Source of the DNA: Bacteroidota bacterium
GTDB taxonomy: Bacteria; Bacteroidota; Bacteroidia; UKL13-3
Reading direction: 5' to 3'
DNA: 64,000 bases
NCBI GenBank assembly: GCA_947460345.1
Contig: CANHGM010000006.1
Coordinates: 30,456-94,455, forward strand
The notes below the pieces were generated by a model. That model saw only the letters and a program-made list of their open reading frames with translations. It did no database searches and was not told the origin of the DNA. Every line of letters begins with the position of its first letter. The stretch's first letter is position 1. Below are positions 1-8,796 of this stretch, piece by piece. The position numbers were made by a program, and so were the translations under genes.

Positions 1-592
1 TAAAATAAACCTAGAAGTAGTTGGTCTTACCTCAGGACAAACACAAGGATCGTACTCGCTTATACTTGGCGAAGTAAAAGGGAAACGCAAGCTAGCTATT
101 ATAATTGGAGCATTTGAGGCACAAGCCATAGCCATAGAAATTGAAAAAATAATTCCTTTCAGACCTATGACACATGATTTGTTTTTGAATGTCACAAACG
201 CATTTGATATAAAGGTGACTGAAATAGTTATTTATGATTTAAAAGAAGGCGTTTTTTATGCCAAACTGGTATGCGAAAGAGAAGGACAATTAGAGGAAAT
301 TGATTGTCGCACAAGCGACGCCATTTCACTTGCTGTAAGATATAAGTGCCCAGTATATACTTATGATTCTATTTTAAATGAAGCAGGTTATGAATTTAGT
401 ATGGAAGAAGAGGATGAAATAGAAAAAATTGAAGAGCCAGAAACAATTAAAGAAAACGAAGCAGAAGCAGATGAATTTTCTGGTTATACATCAGAAGAAA
501 TTAATACCATGCTAGATGAAGCCATCAGAGACGAAGATTATTCAAGAGCTGCTTTGTTACGAGATGAATTAAACAAAAGAAATCCTTCTTAA
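1..592 (+). CDS. bifunctional nuclease (BFN/DUF151) family protein with C-terminal UVR-like helix; 5' end cut by window edge
   Basis: Frame 2 is open from base 2 (KINLEVVGLTSGQTQGSYSLILGEV..IIIGAFEAQAIAIEIE..RPMTHDLF), upstream of the track Met at 167. Carries the IGxxEAxAI and RPxTHDL motifs typical of BFN proteins. An acidic linker is followed by a UvrB/C-like helix, EINTMLDEAIRDEDYSRAALLRDEL. Confidence 0.7.
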   Translation, partial: KINLEVVGLTSGQTQGSYSLILGEVKGKRKLAIIIGAFEAQAIAIEIEKIIPFRPMTHDLFLNVTNAFDIKVTEIVIYDLKEGVFYAKLVCEREGQLEEIDCRTSDAISLAVRYKCPVYTYDSILNEAGYEFSMEEEDEIEKIEEPETIKENEAEADEFSGYTSEEINTMLDEAIRDEDYSRAALLRDELNKRNPS

Positions 593-597
593 TTTTA

Positions 598-1662
598 ATG
601 GCTAAAACTAAAAAAGCCTCTACTCCAAAGAAAAAAACTAAAAGCAGCAAAGCGTTTGTATATATAGTTTTTACTTTCATATTCTCAGCCATCATTGCAG
701 GCTCTTCGGTTTGGTATGTTGTTTTTAAGCCCAATGTAAAGCTTAGCAAACACAAACAATTTATATATATATATTCTACAGATACTTATGAAGATGTAGA
801 AGAAAGTTTGAAGCCATTATTAAAGTCGATGCAGACATTTAAGTGGGTTTCAGCGTATATGGGTTATCCAAATAAAGTTAAGCCGGGTAGATATACTTTA
901 GCTGATGAAATGACCAATAAGCAGTTGGTTTCTCTACTTAGATCAGGAAAGCAAGAGCCCGTAAAATTAGTGATCAGAACCTACTCACTTATAGAAGATA
1001 TAGCCCATGTAGTGAGCAAAAATTTAGAAACAGATAGTGTGGCATTTTTACAAAAATTGACTGATAGAGCCAAGTTGAGTAGCAGAGGGGTAGACGATCA
1101 ATCAGCTATGTCATTTATTTTACCCAATACTTATTATTTGAATTGGAACAGTAATCCTGACACCATCATCAATAAACTATATAGAGAATATATTAAATTT
1201 TGGACACCAGAAAGAGAGCATCAAGCAGCTTTACAGGGTTTAACCAAAGGTCAGGCCGTTATATTGGCATCAATTGTATGGAGAGAAATTATGCATGCAG
1301 ATGAGATGCCGAGAGTGGCTGGTGTGTATTTAAACCGATTGAGAAAAGACATGTTGTTACAAGCTGACCCAACAGTAAAATATGCTTTAAAAGAATTTGA
1401 CCTCAGACGTATACTACAAGTACATTTAGAAGCTGAATCTCCGTTTAATACATATAAAAACAAAGGTTTACCACCTGGGCCTATATGCAACCCGCCTGCT
1501 GCTGCTATAGATGCAGTGCTAAACCCAGAAGAACATGAGTATATATATTTTTGCGCACAACCTGGCAATACAGGCTATCACAGCTTTGCTATCAATTTAC
1601 AAGAGCATAACAAAAATGCTTCTTTGTTTCACAAATATTTAAACTCTTTAAGAAAAAGATAA
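598..1662 (+). CDS. mltG: endolytic murein transglycosylase MltG (YceG-like)
   Basis: 354 aa. Lys-rich N-tail plus one TM (FVYIVFTFIFSAIIAGSSVWYVV). YceG-like core motifs ASIVWREI..MPRVAGVYLNRL..LQADPTVKY and NTYKNKGLPPGPICNP. Starts 6 nt after the upstream stop. Confidence 0.85.
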   Translation: MAKTKKASTPKKKTKSSKAFVYIVFTFIFSAIIAGSSVWYVVFKPNVKLSKHKQFIYIYSTDTYEDVEESLKPLLKSMQTFKWVSAYMGYPNKVKPGRYTLADEMTNKQLVSLLRSGKQEPVKLVIRTYSLIEDIAHVVSKNLETDSVAFLQKLTDRAKLSSRGVDDQSAMSFILPNTYYLNWNSNPDTIINKLYREYIKFWTPEREHQAALQGLTKGQAVILASIVWREIMHADEMPRVAGVYLNRLRKDMLLQADPTVKYALKEFDLRRILQVHLEAESPFNTYKNKGLPPGPICNPPAAAIDAVLNPEEHEYIYFCAQPGNTGYHSFAINLQEHNKNASLFHKYLNSLRKR

Positions 1663-1666
1663 AAAG

Positions 1667-2653
1667 CTATTCAGCTTTATGTTTGTTGTTGCTGGATATA
1701 TTTTCAACTGTCCAGTCAATGGTTTTTATATAGTCATGTTTACGAACAGAGCAATCAGATTTGCTACAAATTTTACAAGAAAAATCTAAGCAACCATCAG
1801 TGTGAACAAACAGTTCCACACTTTCACCAAAATTATCTTTAACTAGTTTATCTAATGTATCAATTTCAAGATGGGCTTGGTGTACATTTAGGTACCAAGG
1901 TACAGTTAAGTGACAGTCGAGATGTAAAGTGCCGCCATATTTGATGATGCGAAGGTTGTGTAAGTCAATCCAATTTTCTTCTCTTGATTTTTGGAATAAA
2001 GCAACCAACTTTTTAAGCAATTCATCATCAGCCTCATCCATTATACCAGCAATAGACGAACGTAAAATCTTGTATCCTGCAATGAGAATGATAAAAGCAA
2101 AAACCAAAGCAACTATACTATCTATCCATGAGAGATTGGTTATATACATTAACACTAAACCTACAACAATACCAACAGTTGCATAGGTATCAGATTGCAT
2201 GTGTTTGCCTGCTGCTGTTAGAGCCAACGAGTTGTTCAACTTACCTTTTTTAATAGAGTAAAAACCTATAAGATAGTTGATAATGGCTGTGAAAGCTATT
2301 AAATATATACCAAAATCTAATTTTGAAATATTATGAGGATGCTTTAAGTTATTGATAGCTTCGTAGACTATTAAAAAACTTGAAACTATCATTAGTGTCC
2401 CTTCTACAGCAGCAGATAAAAACTCAACTTTTCCATGTCCATAAGGGTGATTTTGGTCTTTGGGTTGTGAAGATAGATATAAGCTATATAAGCCTATAAA
2501 ACCACTCACTACATTTATGGTATATTCGAGAGCATCCGTAAGAATAGCAACAGAATTAGTAAGATACCAAGCAACTATTTTTATTGCAAACAGAATGGTA
2601 ACAATAGCAGTTAGTTTTTTTTGAACTTGGTAATTTTCTGCTGCTTTTTTCAT
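1667..2653 (-). CDS. cation diffusion facilitator (CDF) family metal efflux transporter with Cys-rich C-terminal tail
   Basis: 328 aa with about 6 hydrophobic TM segments. CDF-like region SQPKDQNHPYGHGKVEFLSA and a cytoplasmic C-domain. Extra tail CLDFSCKICSKSDC at 1751..1792. Confidence 0.8.
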   Translation of the reverse strand: MKKAAENYQVQKKLTAIVTILFAIKIVAWYLTNSVAILTDALEYTINVVSGFIGLYSLYLSSQPKDQNHPYGHGKVEFLSAAVEGTLMIVSSFLIVYEAINNLKHPHNISKLDFGIYLIAFTAIINYLIGFYSIKKGKLNNSLALTAAGKHMQSDTYATVGIVVGLVLMYITNLSWIDSIVALVFAFIILIAGYKILRSSIAGIMDEADDELLKKLVALFQKSREENWIDLHNLRIIKYGGTLHLDCHLTVPWYLNVHQAHLEIDTLDKLVKDNFGESVELFVHTDGCLDFSCKICSKSDCSVRKHDYIKTIDWTVENISSNNKHKAE

Positions 2654-2680
2654 TCAATTTGATAGTTATAAATATAGATG

Positions 2681-2688
2681 CAAAAGTA
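2681..2688 (-). promoter_or_regulatory. putative Bacteroidota sigma-A -7 box (TAnnTTTG) for the CDF gene
   Basis: Plus strand reads CAAAAGTA, which is TACTTTTG on the minus strand. It lies 27 nt upstream of the start at 2653. Confidence 0.45.
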
Positions 2689-2816
2689 AACGATATAAAA
2701 GGTAGAAACTACTCTGATTTTGCAACATATTCAACATCGCAACACAAAATTTCAGTTAGATACTATCTATAAACAATCTAAAAAAGATATCATTAGTGTT
2801 GTGCTCAGTTTTTAGG

Positions 2817-2824
2817 TAACTTTG
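2817..2824 (+). promoter_or_regulatory. putative -7 box (TAnnTTTG) for the acyl-ACP desaturase gene
   Basis: TAACTTTG, 30 nt upstream of the ATG at 2855. Confidence 0.45.
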
Positions 2825-2854
2825 CAGTCTATTTATTATATTTAAAGAATAACG

Positions 2855-3835
2855 ATGAACTTACCTGCAACAAGAGTAGAAGTAATGAACCATATTGGCA
2901 AAGATGTAGACCAATTGATGGATGAATATTTAAAACCAATTGATACCAATTGGCAACCTTCTGATTTGTTACCAGATTCAAAGTCAGAAAACTTTATTGA
3001 CGAAATAAAAATAATTAAAGAGTCATGTAAAGAATTACCATACGATTATATAGCTATTTTGGTAGGTAATACAATAACTGAAGAGGCATTGCCTACGTAT
3101 GAGTCTTGGTTAATGAGTGTAGAAGGTATAAACCAACATGCACCTGTAAAAACTTGGAGTAAATGGGTAAGATGGTGGACAGCTGAGGAAAATAGACATG
3201 GTGACTTGCTAAATAAGTATTTATACCTATCAGGAAGAGTAAATATGAGAGAAATGGAAACATCTACTCAATATCTTATTGCTGATGGATTTGATATATC
3301 AACAGGTTCTGATCCTTATAGAAATTTTGTATATACATCATTTCAAGAATTAGCTACCAATGTGTCTCACAGACGAACAGCCACTATTTCAAAAAGTTTT
3401 GGTAACAACCATTTATCAAAAATTTGTGGTTTGATAGCAGCAGACGAAATGAGACATGCCAAAGCCTATAGTGACTTTATCAAAAGAATTTTTGAAGTAG
3501 ACCCATCTGAAATGATGTTGGCTTTTGAAGACATGATGAAAAAGAAAATTGTAATGCCTGCACATTTTCTGCGTGAAACAGGGATGAATATAAGTCAAAC
3601 TTTTTCACATTTTTCTGATGCTGCCCAAAGGGTAGGAATATATACTGCTGAAGATTATATTACTATACTTGAAGATTTATTGGTTGATTGGAAAATTGAA
3701 AGTATGTCGAACTTAAACGCTTCAGCTGAAAAAGCTAGAGATTATTTAATGGCCTTACCTAACAGATTAAAAAGAGTAACCGAACGAATGAAAGCTCCTA
3801 CACTTGAGTATGAATTTGATTGGATAACAAGATAA
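2855..3835 (+). CDS. soluble acyl-ACP desaturase (stearoyl-ACP desaturase family, di-iron)
   Basis: 326 aa. Two EExRH-type di-iron motifs (WTAEENRHGDLL and AADEMRHAKAY) in the spacing typical of soluble acyl-ACP desaturases. Confidence 0.8.
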   Translation: MNLPATRVEVMNHIGKDVDQLMDEYLKPIDTNWQPSDLLPDSKSENFIDEIKIIKESCKELPYDYIAILVGNTITEEALPTYESWLMSVEGINQHAPVKTWSKWVRWWTAEENRHGDLLNKYLYLSGRVNMREMETSTQYLIADGFDISTGSDPYRNFVYTSFQELATNVSHRRTATISKSFGNNHLSKICGLIAADEMRHAKAYSDFIKRIFEVDPSEMMLAFEDMMKKKIVMPAHFLRETGMNISQTFSHFSDAAQRVGIYTAEDYITILEDLLVDWKIESMSNLNASAEKARDYLMALPNRLKRVTERMKAPTLEYEFDWITR

Positions 3836-3858
3836 CATATATAGAAAAAACAATTAAC

Positions 3859-3896
3859 AAAAAAGTCGTTTAGCAATTCACTAAACGACTTTTTTA
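3859..3896. terminator. bidirectional rho-independent terminator between convergent genes
   Basis: A-run, then a 10-bp perfect stem AGTCGTTTAG (3864..3873) / CTAAACGACT (3881..3890) with a 7-nt loop, then a T-run. Sits between the desaturase stop (3835) and the minus-strand gene stop (3911). Confidence 0.8.
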
Positions 3897-3910
3897 ATTT
3901 AATATTTAGA

Positions 3911-5284
3911 TTAATTTCTTGGCACTTGAATTTTCATTCCTTTGCTTGGTCTATTTCCGCCACCATTTCCGCCACCTATATTGATGTTGCCTCCTCTTCT
4001 GTTTTGGTAGCCTTTGCCATGGTATACACTGTTATTTGAATTTTCACCTAACTCATTTATTTCAAATAAGAAACCCAATCTAAAATGAAGCATCTCCAAG
4101 TTGCTACTGTGTTGGTTTAAGTTAAAAGAACCTGTGCCAGGACTATAATTTGATAATTTAACATTGGCCCAATTATACTTATCGCCAGCATAATAAGTAA
4201 CTCTACCATCAAGGGATAATCCGGGTACTAAATGATATCTAAGACCTAGGCTGCCACCCCAGTGGGTTCCCCATGATGATAAACTTGAAATATCTGAAGA
4301 TTCAAAACCTTCTATTGTTTTTTTGCTATCTATTCTTTGGTATGTGTTCATTCCTCTGAAACCTACAACCAAATCAGCATATGGTTTAAGTCTATAGTTA
4401 CCAAGTTCAAAACGTGCAATAAAATCAAAATTGAAATTCATATTATATAGATAAGTATAACCACTATCGTTGTTTGGTGTTTGCAACAATACATTGTAAT
4501 CGTTACCACTGCCATGTTGTAATATACCCAAAGAGCCACCTAAAAATATACCTAGTTGTTTGCTCTTTACAATATCTCCACTCATCAGTTCTAGATTGCC
4601 TCCCCATCCATGTCTGTAGCCATCTTTACGTAAGCTACCAATAGGAGCCGCATATGCCAAATGTAATCCAATCCAAGGGCCGTTATACCTGTATTTTTTC
4701 TTAGGTTTGCCAAATATTTGTTCAATAAAATCAGGTAGGCTGTCATTTAGTTTGAGAATTGATTGATCGAAACTATATACACTTTTTGGCTTCAAGTTTT
4801 CTATTAGATTTTCTTGATAAGAATTATATATAGGATTGCTTATTGAATTGTTTGTAATATTAAATGTTTTGGCTGTTAAAGGTGAGTTATTGGCTGCCTT
4901 CCATTGCTTTGCTTGTTTAATATAATTGTTAGTTGATTTTTGAGTATTCCTTTCATCTGTATATATATTGTTATTAGATGAGGCACTATTATTATTGAAA
5001 GATTGATTAGATGGGTTAGATACTTTGATATCTTTAACTTGTGTATTTTGTTTACTTGGCATAGCAGTATATAGTAATGCGGCAAGAATAATTCCGGTGG
5101 TTGTCATGATGGTGATTTTTTTAAGGTGATACTTTTTAGAAAATGCTATCGGTGCTGCTATTTTATGGTCGTTCTCTTCTATTTTAGCAAGCATTTTTTC
5201 CCAGGCCTTAGGATCGAATGGTTGCTCCAGGTTGTTGAGCCCTTCGCTAAATACATCATCGATATGGTTATTTATATTATTCAT
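3911..5284 (-). CDS. ECF-sigma-associated membrane protein (putative anti-sigma): short cytoplasmic N-domain, one TM, Asn/Ser-rich linker, C-terminal beta-barrel-like domain, Gly/Asn tail
   Basis: 457 aa. Starts 22 nt after the sigma gene stop on the same strand. TM at about aa 56-75 (ITIMTTTGIILAALLYTAM). Low-complexity linker at aa ~80-200. From aa ~203-412 there is alternating aromatic/hydrophobic strand periodicity ending in HFRLGFLFEI. No FecR or zinc-finger anti-sigma motif seen. Confidence 0.5.
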   Translation of the reverse strand: MNNINNHIDDVFSEGLNNLEQPFDPKAWEKMLAKIEENDHKIAAPIAFSKKYHLKKITIMTTTGIILAALLYTAMPSKQNTQVKDIKVSNPSNQSFNNNSASSNNNIYTDERNTQKSTNNYIKQAKQWKAANNSPLTAKTFNITNNSISNPIYNSYQENLIENLKPKSVYSFDQSILKLNDSLPDFIEQIFGKPKKKYRYNGPWIGLHLAYAAPIGSLRKDGYRHGWGGNLELMSGDIVKSKQLGIFLGGSLGILQHGSGNDYNVLLQTPNNDSGYTYLYNMNFNFDFIARFELGNYRLKPYADLVVGFRGMNTYQRIDSKKTIEGFESSDISSLSSWGTHWGGSLGLRYHLVPGLSLDGRVTYYAGDKYNWANVKLSNYSPGTGSFNLNQHSSNLEMLHFRLGFLFEINELGENSNNSVYHGKGYQNRRGGNINIGGGNGGGNRPSKGMKIQVPRN

Positions 5285-5305
5285 GAATATTCTTATATAA
5301 ATAGT

Positions 5306-5893
5306 TTAAAGTTTATAGTGTTTTTCAATTCTTAGTTTAAGTGTTTTTCTAGCTTCGCTCACATACCACTTGCTAGTGCCTTCAGATATATGGAGTAGGT
5401 CTGCTATTTCTTTATGTTTATACCCTTCAATGGCAAATAAGTTAAATACCATTCGTTGTTCGTCAGGCAAAGCATTTACTAAATTCATCAGGTCATTGGT
5501 TTCGAGCTTTGAAGTATAGTCATCAGCTATATATACATCATAATCATCAGGCAAAGATTGTTCTTTATATTTAACTTGAGCTCTAAGTTGGTCTATGGCA
5601 GTATTTGTGATAATACGTCTAATCCATCCTTGAAGCGAGCCTCCTTGCCATTTATTTAGATTTAGGAATACTTTTAAAAATCCGTTGTTTACTATTTCTA
5701 AAGCTTCATCTCTATTTTTAGTATAACGCATACATATAGACATCATAACCCCATAATGCTTTTTATATAAACTTGCTTGAGCTAATCTGTCGTTTTTGAT
5801 ACAAGCAATGATCAAATCTTTATCTTCTTTCTGGGCATGTTGCTCATTTAAGTCGACTGTGTTTGAAATACTTGTATGTAAACTAAGATTCAT
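5306..5893 (-). CDS. ECF-type RNA polymerase sigma-70 family factor
   Basis: 195 aa. Region 2 (DEALEIVNNGFLKVFLNLNKW..GWIRRIITNTAIDQLR) and region 4 HTH (YKHKEIADLLHISEGTSKWYVSEARKTLK). Confidence 0.85.
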   Translation of the reverse strand: MNLSLHTSISNTVDLNEQHAQKEDKDLIIACIKNDRLAQASLYKKHYGVMMSICMRYTKNRDEALEIVNNGFLKVFLNLNKWQGGSLQGWIRRIITNTAIDQLRAQVKYKEQSLPDDYDVYIADDYTSKLETNDLMNLVNALPDEQRMVFNLFAIEGYKHKEIADLLHISEGTSKWYVSEARKTLKLRIEKHYKL

Positions 5894-6093
5894 ATATCTG
5901 TGGTTTTTGATTGGTTAGACGTTGATGCCTTTCTAAAACGTTGGTAAAAATATTGTATATTTTTTAATTAACTATAAATGTGTGAGTTAAATTTGATAAA
6001 AAATAAAAATGCTCAATTCATAAAAACTTTGTTATCTGAGGCATATAAATATTAAATCATTCGCTTCAATTATATATAGTCTCGTTTAAAAGC

Positions 6094-6636
6094 TTATTTC
6101 ACCATACCAAATTTAAAAGCAGTTTGAAATGAGATAATTCCTTCATAAAATTTTTCATTGCTTTTAAACCCTTGATATTTCAAGCTTAAATTATATCTTT
6201 TTTTACTGATAAAGGCACCTTCAACAGCGAAGCAAAAGGTATGTTTGCTAGGTGCATTGTCTATATATGCTTTAGTCCATCCTGCTTCAAGGGATATATG
6301 TTGTTCAGATACATATTTTCTAATACCCACCATCACAGGAAAAAAACCAGCACCACCCCCACCTGATGATCCTGCTAAAAAACTATTTTGACGTTTATTT
6401 AAAGATGTAACAAAACCGCAAGATATGGTAGGACTATATATTTGACCTTGGTCGTTCATCCTATTTTCTTGGTTAAAATTGTTTATATATTTCCAACCAA
6501 TACCGAACCCAATAGCATGATTATTAGGTATACCTCTATTCATCGAAAATTCAAAAATGTTATTATTGTCTTCTTGTGCTTTAGATGCTAAAAAGTAAAT
6601 AGATAAAATGCATACTATATATAATTTTTTCATCAC
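6094..6636 (-). CDS. small secreted protein, outer-membrane beta-barrel-like; function unknown
   Basis: 180 aa. Signal peptide ending ..YFLASKAQ, strand-like alternation, Gly loop SSGGGGAGF, aromatic C-terminal strand FQTAFKFGMVK. Confidence 0.45.
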   Translation of the reverse strand: MMKKLYIVCILSIYFLASKAQEDNNNIFEFSMNRGIPNNHAIGFGIGWKYINNFNQENRMNDQGQIYSPTISCGFVTSLNKRQNSFLAGSSGGGGAGFFPVMVGIRKYVSEQHISLEAGWTKAYIDNAPSKHTFCFAVEGAFISKKRYNLSLKYQGFKSNEKFYEGIISFQTAFKFGMVK

Positions 6637-6896
6637 TTAAAATATTAGACTACAAAAATTGAGAAGCTAAACTTATATATATAATTGAATTCTACTAAAA
6701 ATAAAATTCATTTTAGTAAAAACTGCCATAGAAAATTGATTTTTTTATTATGAGTGTTTTTATGAAATTACATTTCAAAAGGAACTACTGAACCCTCTCA
6801 ATCGCTTAAATAATAACCATTTGTAAATACTTTTTTCTTTTACCCAAAACAAACCGATTTTTGTAAGATTATATTTATAAAAAGACAAAAGAAACA

Positions 6897-8765
6897 ATGG
6901 CAAGCAGAAGAGGTGAGAAATCAGAAAATGTAGAAGAATTACCAAAAGTAAAAATTACAAAAGAGTCGTTAAAAGAGGCATTAAGTATTTTAGCTTATTT
7001 AAAGCCTTATAGGTTTAAGTTTTTGATGGGTATGGTATTTATTGTTTTATCTGCTTTGTCTACCATGATTTTTCCGTTTTTAGTGGGAAAAATGATAAGC
7101 GTTGTATCTGATGGAAAAGCTTCATTGCCAACTACAGCAAGTACATCTCAAATGACATCAGATATACAAGATTGGTTAAGCAACAGCAGGTGGAGCGTAG
7201 ATTTTATATTGCTTTTGCTTTTTATACAATTGGCTGTGCAAATGTTTTTTTCTTTTATGCGTATATATACGCTCACAGAAGTAGGCGAAAAATCTTTAGC
7301 TGATCTTAGAAAAGATGTGTTCAAAAAAATAGTTTCCATGCCCATGCGTTTCTTTAGCGAACGAAGAGTAGGTGAACTCTCCAGTAGAATTAGCAGTGAT
7401 TTAAGTCAGATACAAGACACTATATCATTTACCTTGGCCGAATTTCTAAGGGGACTTGTAACACTGGTTGTGGGCATGTTTCTGATCTTTTTTATATCTA
7501 CCAAATTAGCTTTGGTTATGTTATCAATAGTACCTGTGATAGCTATATTGGCAGTAGTGTTTGGTGGTAGAATTAGAAAAATGGCCAGGAAGGGTCAAGA
7601 CCAATTAGCTGATTCGGGTAATATCATAAATGAAGCCCTTATGGGCATAAACAATGTAAAAGCATTCACCAACGAGCATTTTGAAATCAATAGATATAGC
7701 AACAGCATCAATTCTGTTGTATCAACTGCTATAGCCAATGCCAGGTTTAGAGGTGCTTTTGTATCGTTGCTTATATTCTCTGTTTTTGGTGCCATAGCAG
7801 TGGTTATATGGTATGGTGCTGGGTTGATTAAAAGCGGTGAATTTGATGCGGGTAAACTAACCACATTTGTTATATATACTGCCTTTGTAGGAGGTACCAT
7901 GGCTGGATTTGCAGATATGTTTAGTCAACTCCAAAAAACAATTGGTGCTACACAAAGAGTGAGAGAAATTTTAAGAGAACAAGCAGAAGATATAAGTGAA
8001 GGCGAAGTGGTTAAAACACCAAGAATGAAAGGTGAAGTACAGTTTAAAAACATTGCTTTTTCATATCCTACCAGAAGTGAAATTGTAGTATTAAAAGATT
8101 TTAATATAGAAGCAAAACCCGGGCAACAAATAGCCATTGTTGGTAGTAGTGGAGCAGGTAAATCAACCATTGCAGCATTGCTCTTAAAATTTTACCAACC
8201 ACAATCAGGCAATATATATTTTGACGGAAAAGACAGCAACGAATATGATCTTACATACCTTAGAAGTCAGATGGCTCTAGTACCACAAGATGTTATATTA
8301 TTTGGCGGTACTATATATGACAATATATTATATGGTAACCCAAGTGCTACAAACGAAGATGTAGAAATGGCAGCCAAAAGAGCCAATGCATATAATTTTA
8401 TCACGAGTTTTCCAGAAGGATTTAAAACCATTGTGGGTGAACGTGGTATACAGCTTTCAGGTGGTCAAAGACAGCGTATTGCCATAGCCAGAGCTATTCT
8501 AAAAAACCCATCTATTCTTATACTAGATGAAGCAACAAGTAGTTTAGATAGCGAAAGTGAAACATTGGTTCAACAAGCGTTAGAAGAATTAATGAAAGGC
8601 AGAACATCGTTTGTAATTGCACACAGATTAAGCACCATCAGAAATGCTGATAAAATAATTGTACTTGATAAAGGAGTAGTTGCTGAACAAGGCAACCATG
8701 ATGAGTTAATGAATATGGAAAAAGGTAAATATAAACATTTATCAAATTTGCAAATGGATTTATAG
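6897..8765 (+). CDS. ABC exporter, fused permease/ATPase (MsbA-like half transporter)
   Basis: 622 aa. N-terminal 6-TM exporter domain. NBD has Walker A GSSGAGKST, signature LSGGQRQR, Walker B ILILDEATS and H-loop AHRLST. Confidence 0.9.
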   Translation: MASRRGEKSENVEELPKVKITKESLKEALSILAYLKPYRFKFLMGMVFIVLSALSTMIFPFLVGKMISVVSDGKASLPTTASTSQMTSDIQDWLSNSRWSVDFILLLLFIQLAVQMFFSFMRIYTLTEVGEKSLADLRKDVFKKIVSMPMRFFSERRVGELSSRISSDLSQIQDTISFTLAEFLRGLVTLVVGMFLIFFISTKLALVMLSIVPVIAILAVVFGGRIRKMARKGQDQLADSGNIINEALMGINNVKAFTNEHFEINRYSNSINSVVSTAIANARFRGAFVSLLIFSVFGAIAVVIWYGAGLIKSGEFDAGKLTTFVIYTAFVGGTMAGFADMFSQLQKTIGATQRVREILREQAEDISEGEVVKTPRMKGEVQFKNIAFSYPTRSEIVVLKDFNIEAKPGQQIAIVGSSGAGKSTIAALLLKFYQPQSGNIYFDGKDSNEYDLTYLRSQMALVPQDVILFGGTIYDNILYGNPSATNEDVEMAAKRANAYNFITSFPEGFKTIVGERGIQLSGGQRQRIAIARAILKNPSILILDEATSSLDSESETLVQQALEELMKGRTSFVIAHRLSTIRNADKIIVLDKGVVAEQGNHDELMNMEKGKYKHLSNLQMDL

Positions 8766-8796
8766 TTTATATATATATAATGCTTAAAGGCTAAAC

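Noticed and set aside
5918-5944. ECF-type autoregulatory promoter-like sequence upstream of the sigma gene. Minus strand reads CCAACGTT-N..-CGTCTAA, i.e. AAC ... CGTC.
   Set aside because: The AAC-to-CGTC spacing is 18 nt by my count, longer than the 16-17 nt typical of ECF promoters. The motifs are short enough to occur by chance, so it is kept only as a note.
6693-6718. Inverted repeat TACTAAAA-N10-TTTTAGTA in the 260-bp divergent region between the small OMP-like gene and the ABC exporter.
   Set aside because: The stem is almost entirely A/T and only 8 bp long, in very AT-rich DNA. No gene ends here, so it is not a terminator, and as an operator it is unsupported.
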